A DNA stretch of 64,000 nucleotides from Candidatus Nanohalarchaeota archaeon (GTDB lineage Archaea > Nanohalarchaeota > Nanosalinia > Nanosalinales > JAFCCC01), in assembly GCA_017610385.1 (NCBI GenBank), contig JAFCCC010000001.1, positions 94,960-158,959 of the forward strand. The letters are read 5' to 3'. The notes under the pieces are model-generated. The model saw only the letters and a list, made by a program, of their open reading frames with translations, was not told where the DNA came from and ran no database searches. Shown here piece after piece: positions 56,461 to 64,000 of the stretch. The translations under genes were made by a program, and so were the position numbers. Every line of letters begins with the position of its first letter. Within the stretch, counting starts at the first letter, position 1.

Positions 56461-56823
56461 TTATTCAGAATTAATTAATTCAATTTTATCTGCAATTATT
56501 TCTAATTCTTGATTATAGATATTTACTTCTCCAGTCACATATATATTTTGATATTTCTCAAATCGATTGTTTTTTACATTGAATTCAATTACAAATATAT
56601 CTGAATTGCCATCAGATATCTCCAAAAATAGATTATTCTTTTTATAATTTAATTCACTTATTTCTCCTTTAATTTTCACAACTTGCCCGATTTTATCTGA
56701 ATTAATTTCTGAAATAGATATCAGTTTAGGAGAATATAGATTTCCAGAAATATAAAGAATTATTATCCCAATTAAAAATATAATTATAGAAATTCTTAAA
56801 CCCACCTTTTCATAATTTCTCAT
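56461..56823 (-). CDS. Membrane-anchored OB-fold nucleic-acid-binding protein
   Basis: N-terminal TM; VKIKGEI...FLEISD...VTGEVNIY..ELEIIADKI. Confidence 0.75.
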   Translation of the reverse strand: MRNYEKVGLRISIIIFLIGIIILYISGNLYSPKLISISEINSDKIGQVVKIKGEISELNYKKNNLFLEISDGNSDIFVIEFNVKNNRFEKYQNIYVTGEVNIYNQELEIIADKIELINSE

Positions 56824-56824
56824 T

Positions 56825-57352
56825 TTAATTTAACGTAACTCGATATATTATGGAATATACTGAACCCATTTGAGTTAATTCACTTTTAATTAATTTAATA
56901 TCTTTAGTTAAATATTTTCCAAATTCATAATTCTGAAATTTCCTTAAATTATGTGAAATTAATTTGGTTATTTCCCCGCTCTGTTTTTTAATTCTAGCCA
57001 AAGTTATATGAAATTTAAATTCCCCTGTTAATTTTAATTCGGAATAAATAATCTTTGTCAGTTGTGTTAATTTTTCAGATTTTATCCCTGCCCAAAAAAT
57101 TCTGGGAGATTTTGAATTTGGAAATACCCCCACCCCACAAACATTAATTTCAAAGCAAGGAAAATTAATTTTATTCAGTTTCTTAATCACATCTTTAACT
57201 TCACGTTCTGTTAATTCTCCCATAAATTTAAGCGTAATGTGAAGTTTACTGCTTGGAATGACGTTCACTCCAGAGATTCTTAATGAATTTTGGAGATCTG
57301 TAAATCCGTTTTTAATCGTCTCACTTATTGTAACTCCAATAAAACATCTCAT
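56825..57352 (-). CDS. thpR: RNA 2',3'-cyclic phosphodiesterase (2H family)
   Basis: MRCFIG, LHITLKF, GVFP..PRIFWAG, FHITLAR, SELT..G..Y. Confidence 0.9.
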   Translation of the reverse strand: MRCFIGVTISETIKNGFTDLQNSLRISGVNVIPSSKLHITLKFMGELTEREVKDVIKKLNKINFPCFEINVCGVGVFPNSKSPRIFWAGIKSEKLTQLTKIIYSELKLTGEFKFHITLARIKKQSGEITKLISHNLRKFQNYEFGKYLTKDIKLIKSELTQMGSVYSIIYRVTLN

Positions 57353-57389
57353 GTTAGAGACTTATTTACATACATATTAAAATACGAAT

Positions 57390-58502
57390 GTGAACTTAAT
57401 ACTTTATGATAACAAGATGAATGAATACTTTAATGAAGACCGCGTGAAGAATTGGTTTCATAAATATGGATGGCATTCTAATCCCTTCACTTTTAAAATA
57501 TATCCTGAAATTATGGTGGGTTACAAAGACCAAATTGAAGATATACTAAATGCGATAAATGCAAATAGCACATTTTCTTTAGTTATTGGTAAAACTGGTG
57601 CAGGCAAAACCAATTTAATGCGATGGATTGCAACTCAAAGTTCTTATAAAAATTCTACATATTATTTACCAAAACCACCCGCAAATATTGACGAATTATT
57701 TGAATATTTGAAAAGAGAAATGCTAAAACCAGGATTCTTCTCAAGAAGATTTACCAATATCTCTATATATAATATTCATCAACAATTACAGAAAAAACTC
57801 AAGACCCGCGCATTACTTATAATTGATGAAGCGCATGAAGCCTCTTTAGACGTTTTAAAATGGATAAGAACGGCATTAGATCATGTTCCCAACTTAGTTG
57901 TTGTCGCTGCAGGACTTCCTTCTTTAATAACTATTTTAAGAGTTGATGTAAATACCCTCTATGATCGTGCTACAACGGTTATAGAATTAAAGTCCTTAGG
58001 AAAGGATGAATCACTGGAATTAATTCAAAAGAGAATTTTTGCGGCAGGAGGAAAAAATTTAGATCCATTTACTACCAAAGCGCTTATAGAAATATATGAA
58101 AGATCCTCTGGATTTCCAAGAAGTATATTGAGATTATGTAATAATGCTGTATTATATGCAATTAAAAATAACAAATTCTTAATAGACCAACAATGTGTTT
58201 TAGAATATTTAAATCAAAATAAATCTCAAATTTCTGAAAATAGACAAATTGATTTAGATAATACTGAATTAACAGATAAGCAAAAAGTAGTAATTGATTT
58301 GATGTTAAAATTAGGCAAAATTGACCCAAACACCATCGTTCAAAATATTGACTTAAAAGACTATAAAAGTGAAAGTCACGCAATTAGATCTATTAATAAC
58401 ATTCTTAAAAGACTGACTCAAAACAAACTAATTGATCGTGAAAAAAAAGGACGCACATACCTCTATTTTATTCGAGACAATGCAAAGAAAGTCTTGTCGT
58501 GA
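57390..58502 (+). CDS. ExeA-like AAA+ ATPase with C-terminal winged helix
   Basis: YGWHSNPF, GKTGAGKT, LIIDEAH, SGFPRSILRLC, C-terminal RSINNILKRL..KLIDREKKGRTYLY. Confidence 0.78.
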   Translation: MNLILYDNKMNEYFNEDRVKNWFHKYGWHSNPFTFKIYPEIMVGYKDQIEDILNAINANSTFSLVIGKTGAGKTNLMRWIATQSSYKNSTYYLPKPPANIDELFEYLKREMLKPGFFSRRFTNISIYNIHQQLQKKLKTRALLIIDEAHEASLDVLKWIRTALDHVPNLVVVAAGLPSLITILRVDVNTLYDRATTVIELKSLGKDESLELIQKRIFAAGGKNLDPFTTKALIEIYERSSGFPRSILRLCNNAVLYAIKNNKFLIDQQCVLEYLNQNKSQISENRQIDLDNTELTDKQKVVIDLMLKLGKIDPNTIVQNIDLKDYKSESHAIRSINNILKRLTQNKLIDREKKGRTYLYFIRDNAKKVLS

Positions 58503-58552
58503 AATCACTTTAAAGTAAAAACACACTACCCTCACGATAGATATTTATAATC

Positions 58553-58843
58553 TTGCTCAAACCTATTATTAAGGTGATTGTTTTGAGTGGAAGAGTCCGA
58601 GCAAGTGATCTTATTGGGAAAATAATTGTAAGTGAAGAAAGAGGAAAGAAATTTGGAGAAGTCGCAGACGTAAGTTGCATTTCAAAAACAGGAGAATTAA
58701 TAAATATTCTTATTGAGAATCCTACAAAAGATACTAAAGATTTAAAATTAGAAGAAGATCAAAAAGGTCGATTAAAGATTCCATTTAGTGCAGTAAAATC
58801 TATTGGAGATTTTGTGATTATTAGTGAAGACGAAATTATTTAA
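58553..58843 (+). CDS. PRC-barrel protein (CdpB-like)
   Basis: ASDLIGKIIV..GKKFGEVADV...TGEL...IPFSAVKSIGDFVII. Confidence 0.85.
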   Translation: MLKPIIKVIVLSGRVRASDLIGKIIVSEERGKKFGEVADVSCISKTGELINILIENPTKDTKDLKLEEDQKGRLKIPFSAVKSIGDFVIISEDEII

Positions 58844-59783
58844 TATCTTCTACCCCGTTTTCTGTAATCTTAAATACTGCCTCTCCTTCTGGCAAATACG
58901 GACAGTCAACTAGACGCGCAACCCGCGAGTTTTTCTTACTTTTTCGTATATACACTCTAAATGCAGACTGATGACCCACAATATGCCCGCCAATAGGTAC
59001 TGTTGGATCCCCAAACAATACATCGGGTCTAGACATTACTTGATTGGTTACTAAAATTGCTACATTATAGGTGGTTGATAATCTATGAAGTGCGTGCATA
59101 TGTCTATTTAATCTTTGTTGTCTGGGTGCCAATTCTCCTCTTCCAATATAGTCTGATCTAAAAAGAGAAGTTAACGAATCCACAATAATTAAACCCACCT
59201 TGTTATTTTTTAATACCTCTTCTGCTTTCTCTGCTAAAAGTATCTGATGATCTGAGTTAAATGCCCGCGCAACAAAAATATTCTTTAAAACTTTTTCGGG
59301 ATCCATGCCCTGCGCCTTCGCCATTTGTACAACTCTTTCGGGAATAAACGTGTTTTCTGTATCAATAAATATAGCACCAGCACTTAATCCTCCATCTTTT
59401 TTTGGTTTTTGCACATTTACAGAAGTTTGCAATGCAATTTGTGTTTTTGAACTGCCATAAGCACCATAAAACTCACTTATACACTGCGTTTCAATGCCGC
59501 CACCCAATAATTCATTTAGTGCTGCGCTTCCAGTACTTATCCTTCCGACATTTTCACGCATCTTAAGTTTTTCCATACCAGTCTTAAAATTACCCACATC
59601 TGAAATTTCTTTTGCAGATTCTATTATTTTCGCTGCAGTTTTTTCCCCAATATCACATATATCTACTAGATTTCCAATACTCATTGTAGCAATTGTCATT
59701 AACTCATCGCATCCAGCCTCAACTAACTTATCCGCGATTTTTTCACCCACACCAGGCAAACTCTCTAACTCTTTTTTACTCAT
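58836..59783 (-). CDS. radA: DNA repair and recombination protein RadA
   Basis: N-terminal HhH LPGVG, LLGGGIET, FIDTENTF.PER, ARAFNSDHQ, GRGELAPRQQ, TNQV, PIGGH, LPEGEA. Confidence 0.96.
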   Translation of the reverse strand: MSKKELESLPGVGEKIADKLVEAGCDELMTIATMSIGNLVDICDIGEKTAAKIIESAKEISDVGNFKTGMEKLKMRENVGRISTGSAALNELLGGGIETQCISEFYGAYGSSKTQIALQTSVNVQKPKKDGGLSAGAIFIDTENTFIPERVVQMAKAQGMDPEKVLKNIFVARAFNSDHQILLAEKAEEVLKNNKVGLIIVDSLTSLFRSDYIGRGELAPRQQRLNRHMHALHRLSTTYNVAILVTNQVMSRPDVLFGDPTVPIGGHIVGHQSAFRVYIRKSKKNSRVARLVDCPYLPEGEAVFKITENGVEDIK

Positions 59784-59784
59784 A

Positions 59785-60762
59785 TCAATTAACCTCCACC
59801 ATATTTTTTAATTTTTCACTCACATTCACTTCGGAAAAATCTTCCACGATTAATTCCAATGCATTGAAGAATGTATTATATTTAGACCTTCCCTTTACAT
59901 TAATATATTTCCCCAGCACCGTTCCGGAAAGTCCATCTAATTCTTCATAATTATTAATATTTTCTGTTCCAATTAATTTAGTAGCAATATCTCTAAAAAA
60001 CACACAGCGAATTGACGCCGAACCATCATCAATTATTGTGGAAATTACCATGTGTTTTATGGCCGTTACTTCACCGTGTTCTTCACATGTATATACATTA
60101 CCTTCATGTGAAGTAACGCGTTTATTACAGGTTGGACAAACATAAAAAAATGCATTTTTCGTGAACCACTGAAGTACCGTTCCTTCAATTTCATATTTCA
60201 CACCGTCTTGCTTCACTAGGAAAATGGGAGTTCTTGTATTTTGAACAACCCCTGTTTGCGCAATAACTTTTACTGGATTTCCCAAAAGACTTTTAACAAT
60301 GGTCTTTTTTCCAAGTCTTAATTCTACTAAACCCCGATTGTTGTCCTTAGAATATGCATTTTTAATTTCTATGGAATCTCCTTTTTTTATTTTTGTAATT
60401 AACTCTGTTTGATCATCCCACAAAGACATCCTAATTGTACCGGTTTCATCTCCAAGTATTAGATTCTGAACACGCCCAATAGATCCATCTGATTTATTAA
60501 AGTTATTTAATTGAGTTATCTCTACGATTCCGGCTTTTATAGAGACACTACGCATACCAGAAACAATATTTTCTATTTTCAAATCTTTTTTCTGAGTTTC
60601 AGTATTTAGATCAACACCCATTTCTTTTGCTATAAGATAGGCAGCACCCTCCTCAGACACCAAACCAGAAAACTCATTCATTTTATCGTTTATTCGGGTC
60701 AAAACATCTTCCTGCGGTATATTTGCCTTTTCAGAAATGTGAGATATAATAGATTTTTCCAT
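59785..60762 (-). CDS. rpa: Replication protein A (OB folds plus Zn finger)
   Basis: GLVSEEGAA, LGDETGTIRMSLWD, CPTC...CEEHG, IDDGSASIRCVFF. Confidence 0.9.
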   Translation of the reverse strand: MEKSIISHISEKANIPQEDVLTRINDKMNEFSGLVSEEGAAYLIAKEMGVDLNTETQKKDLKIENIVSGMRSVSIKAGIVEITQLNNFNKSDGSIGRVQNLILGDETGTIRMSLWDDQTELITKIKKGDSIEIKNAYSKDNNRGLVELRLGKKTIVKSLLGNPVKVIAQTGVVQNTRTPIFLVKQDGVKYEIEGTVLQWFTKNAFFYVCPTCNKRVTSHEGNVYTCEEHGEVTAIKHMVISTIIDDGSASIRCVFFRDIATKLIGTENINNYEELDGLSGTVLGKYINVKGRSKYNTFFNALELIVEDFSEVNVSEKLKNMVEVN

Positions 60763-60900
60763 TACTTTCCTATTTGTACTAAAACTTTTAATGCTTTTTC
60801 AATATACACTACAAAGCTATTAAACTAAAAGATATATCTCTCACTTTATAATACACAATTAACTTATAAAAGGGTTAGACAATATTATAATGGGGGAAAA

Positions 60901-61191
60901 ATGGATACTATTGAAAAAGTATTTTTGCATGGAAAACCAACTAGAATTCTCGTTGGACTTAAAAGAGGAAATAAAGCAAAATATGCATCAATATTGGCTC
61001 GTGAAGCAAATTGTACTTATTCTCATACTGTTAAAATTCTTAATTTGCTTAGGAAATATGAGTTAATTGAATTTGAAAAAAAAGGCAGAAAAAAATTAAT
61101 CAGATTAACTGTTTCTGGTGCGGATCTGGCACAAGAGCTGGAACGAATATTATGGCGTTTAGAAAAATTAGAGACTCCCGAAAAAGAATAA
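60901..61191 (+). CDS. Winged-helix transcriptional regulator
   Basis: KPTRILV.L..YASILAREANCTYSHTVKIL...GRKK.IRLT..G. Confidence 0.8.
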   Translation: MDTIEKVFLHGKPTRILVGLKRGNKAKYASILAREANCTYSHTVKILNLLRKYELIEFEKKGRKKLIRLTVSGADLAQELERILWRLEKLETPEKE

Positions 61192-61650
61192 TTTATCTTA
61201 AAACAGACAGTTCGCAATACGTGAACATTCATCTATTTTCACTAATTTATTGAAAATTTATATTACCGCAATTTAGTTAAAATAGTATGTGTATCTAAAA
61301 AGAACACCCACAACGCATGAGAGTTCTTTTCTTCTGAACATCTAAAACACAATAAACCATCTAAAAAAGAGTATTTTTTAATTAAAAATTGTCCCTAAAT
61401 ACCCCCTATTATTTTATTGAAATATACTTAAAAAACACCGAGAAAATAACCTATTGACAAAACATCCATATCCTGTCAAAACAGAATATAAACTATATTC
61501 TCTAGAATATATTTTAATAATAAATTGGTGTTTTTTAATATGTTGTTGGCAAATAATAGGGATTATCTTGCACCCATATATAAATGTTTACAATTTAGTC
61601 AACAACACCTTTAAATTTTAAAATTATCACAAAATTAAAAAAAGAGTTTA

Positions 61651-61694
61651 TTGACTAATTAGTTAACTGTTGACTATTTAGTTAACTTTATATA
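61651..61694 (+). promoter_or_regulatory. Tandem palindromic operator-like repeats abutting a TATA-like box
   Basis: TTGACTAATTAGTTAAC (61651-61667) and TTGACTATTTAGTTAAC (61670-61686), then TTTATATA (61687-61694). Confidence 0.6.
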
Positions 61695-61715
61695 CTCCCG
61701 AACCGCAAAAATTAT

Positions 61716-62108
61716 GTGTCAAAAATGAAGATAAATTATAATAATACCTCTACTACAATGTCTCCCGCAGTAATAGTAGATATAATATTTCCTTCCCAAA
61801 CAAAATATAAAGAAATTACCTTAGCTATTCTCAATTTTTTTATAGAAAAGGGACAGATAGTTACGGGCAGATCAGAAATAGAAGTTAATTCAATAGTAAC
61901 AGAATTAGAAAAGATTGGGTATAATCGATACACAGTCTATAAAGTAATGAGAGAATATCTTGTTCCAATGGGAATCATAAATTGGAAAAAATTTGAAGGA
62001 TCAATTCAACTTTCTACTAAATTCGGAAACGCGCTCAGAAGATTTTCATTATCTTGGAATAATTTAGTAGAACGTATTGAAAAGGGTAAACAACCAAGAA
62101 TAACGTGA
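61716..62108 (+). CDS. Hypothetical protein, possible winged helix
   Basis: LEKIGYNRYTVYKVMREYLVPMGII...IQLSTKF helix-wing pattern. Confidence 0.55.
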   Translation: MSKMKINYNNTSTTMSPAVIVDIIFPSQTKYKEITLAILNFFIEKGQIVTGRSEIEVNSIVTELEKIGYNRYTVYKVMREYLVPMGIINWKKFEGSIQLSTKFGNALRRFSLSWNNLVERIEKGKQPRIT

Positions 62109-62198
62109 TTGTTCATAAAAAGATAATAATCCAGATTGTTCTCTTTGTTTGCACACACATAAACTAAACTTAAAATAGTCTAAAGCACATATTTTATT

Positions 62199-63173
62199 AT
62201 GCAAAATCAATATTTAATCTCTTTTTGTCTTATTTTAATTTTAATACCTTCCATAGGTTCTATGGTGTTTGGCCGAGTCCCTGAAATGTTTTCTGGACCG
62301 CCAATAAGTACAGAGGGTAGCTCTATTTTAACCTGCACGGCCGATTCATGCGTAAATAGTCTTTTATACAACGAAAACGGATCTACCAGAACTCAATATG
62401 TTATTTTAAGTCGTTCTAAGAACGAATTAATTGTAAAGTGGAATAAACCGCACGGCAATCTTATTATAAACAATTTAACATTATCTTTTGTTATGAAGGG
62501 CTGTGACTCTGTAGTTTCTAATTGTTCGGTACAAACATACCCTGCAGAGGTTTATGTTTGGGGTGATTACTCCTGGATACTATTAAAACAAGAATCTCTT
62601 TCAAATTACGAAAATACTTATTATTATGTTGTTACAAATAAAATGAGATTAGATAATGGTCAATATCTTGCAAAAATAGTCAATAACGGACTCAAACCTA
62701 CTAATTATATCTTCATTGATCAAGCAGAATTGAACATGCATTATGAAAATTTAGATAAAGTCAATGAAAATCCTACCCATAAAATATTAAATTTTTTTAA
62801 GGAAAACATGCTATTTTGGCGCAGAATAGGTATTGGCATTGCAATTTTCATATTTATTTTAATTCTTATTTTTACATTTCGCAAGAATGAAAAAATTAAA
62901 TCTCTTTTTAAATTTGATAAAAAAGGCGCCGTAGAAGATAAAGAACTCAACATGAAACTTAGAGAATATAAAGATCTTAAAAACAACTTAGAAACTCTAA
63001 ATCGTAAGTTGAGAGCTATTGAAGATTCCAGAAGAGAAACACAGAAGAAATATTATAGAAGAGCGCTTGACGAAAACACATTTAAACAACTGATGCGAAC
63101 ATATGAACAAGCTCGTATTGAATTAGTAAATGAAATTAACGGACTTAAAAAATCAGTAGACAGATATAGTTGA
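62199..63173 (+). CDS. Membrane protein with extracellular beta domain and cytoplasmic coiled coil
   Basis: Signal/TM, second TM, C-terminal coiled coil KKYYRRALDENTFKQLM. Confidence 0.6.
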   Translation: MQNQYLISFCLILILIPSIGSMVFGRVPEMFSGPPISTEGSSILTCTADSCVNSLLYNENGSTRTQYVILSRSKNELIVKWNKPHGNLIINNLTLSFVMKGCDSVVSNCSVQTYPAEVYVWGDYSWILLKQESLSNYENTYYYVVTNKMRLDNGQYLAKIVNNGLKPTNYIFIDQAELNMHYENLDKVNENPTHKILNFFKENMLFWRRIGIGIAIFIFILILIFTFRKNEKIKSLFKFDKKGAVEDKELNMKLREYKDLKNNLETLNRKLRAIEDSRRETQKKYYRRALDENTFKQLMRTYEQARIELVNEINGLKKSVDRYS

Positions 63174-63850
63174 TAATTATGATAACTAGAATTCCAACAG
63201 GAATACCCGGACTTGATTCCTTAATGCAGGGGGGATTTATAGAAGGAAGTATAAATCTTATTACTGGAAGAACAGGAACCTCTAAGAGCATACTCTGTTC
63301 TCAATTTTTGAATTACGGCGCCACCAAATTAAATCAAAAAGGCTTGTACATTACTTCTGAAGAGACTACGGGCAACATTGTAAGATCAATGAAACAATTT
63401 GGTTGGGATTTTGATAATTTAGAAAAAAAAGGCATGATAAAAATCTTAGAGGTTCAACCCTTTGAAGCTAAAATCGTTATAAGTAAAATTACAGAAGCCA
63501 TAGAAGCTATGAAACTACAAAGATTAGTTATTGACTCAGTTTCTATGTTTGAATATACCTTAGAAGATCAGTCACGGATTAGAAAATTTCTTTATACGCT
63601 ATTTAAAAGATTAAGAGAAATGAATATTTTGACTATCGTAACATCGGAAATTCCAGAAGAAGTAAATGCAAGATTATCTCAATTTGGCGCCGTAGAATTT
63701 CTAGTTGACACAGTAATTAAGTTACAATACATGGAATTAGCAGATACAAGAAGAAGTTTAATGATACGAAAGATGAGAATGACAAATCATTCCCCAAATA
63801 TTCATCCTTTTGAAATAACTAAAACTGGTGTAAATATTCTTTCTATTTAG
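63170..63850 (+). CDS. RAD55/KaiC-like RecA-superfamily ATPase
   Basis: RIPTGIPGLD, GRTGTSKS, TSEE, RLVIDS, EFLVDTVI, RKMR.T.H...PFEIT..G. Confidence 0.9.
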   Translation: MIIMITRIPTGIPGLDSLMQGGFIEGSINLITGRTGTSKSILCSQFLNYGATKLNQKGLYITSEETTGNIVRSMKQFGWDFDNLEKKGMIKILEVQPFEAKIVISKITEAIEAMKLQRLVIDSVSMFEYTLEDQSRIRKFLYTLFKRLREMNILTIVTSEIPEEVNARLSQFGAVEFLVDTVIKLQYMELADTRRSLMIRKMRMTNHSPNIHPFEITKTGVNILSI

Positions 63851-63856
63851 TGTTAT

Positions 63857-64000
63857 TTATTTTAATTCTTGCAGTACTGAGTCTAATTGGCCTACCCACA
63901 GATACGCTTTTTTTGGTTCCATATCCATTCCATCCTTCTCAAATCGAGGCACTATATGAAAATGTATGTGCGATACAGAAGGCCGCGCCCCCGTCCCAGA
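63857..64000 (-). CDS. HIT-family hydrolase, C-terminal part (5' end outside window)
   Basis: Manual translation ...SVSHIHFHIVPRFEKDG... histidine triad; TAA at 63857-63859. Confidence 0.75.
   Translation of the reverse strand, partial: SGTGARPSVSHIHFHIVPRFEKDGMDMEPKKAYLWVGQLDSVLQELK

Noticed and set aside
63975-64000. GC-rich window end as a tRNA fragment
   Set aside because: Explained by the minus-strand HIT coding frame

Overview
AT-rich archaeal chromosomal segment, most consistent with a DPANN-type lineage (inferred from gene content and protein style, not from a phylogeny). Left to right: endonuclease IV (partial), iscU/iscS, surface proteins and acdB. Next is a ~22-kb surface/N-glycosylation locus (wecB, GT2/GT4s with decaying paralogs, FkbM methyltransferase, flippase, sulfotransferase, cysC, a pyruvate kinase-ATP sulfurylase fusion, a nucleotidyltransferase-kinase plus KdsC-KdsD-like fusion pair flanked by two GT9-like paralogs, aglH-like GPT, aglB). 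Then secF/secD, NAC and the replication core (intein-containing PolD DP2 convergent with cdc6-DP1, with two clusters of ORB-like boxes). An accessory region at ~40-49 kb holds small or decayed genes, Cys-rich and transglutaminase-like surface proteins and an integrase remnant. The right end is a housekeeping block (dnaG, thpR, AAA-wHTH ATPase, PRC-barrel, radA, RPA, RAD55/KaiC-like, HIT partial). The most unusual signals are (1) a dispersed, modular, hairpin-rich non-coding element family tied to a GC-rich palindrome TCCGAGCGCTCGGA whose flanks co-vary and which also sits in-frame in two genes, (2) the PK-Sat fusion in a PAPS/glycan-sulfation module, (3) a non-Kdo sugar-nucleotide module built from fused domains, and (4) a CGAC-motif array embedded in a wHTH gene. 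No rRNA, tRNA or convincing CRISPR array was seen. All annotations are by motif recognition only, without database searches.
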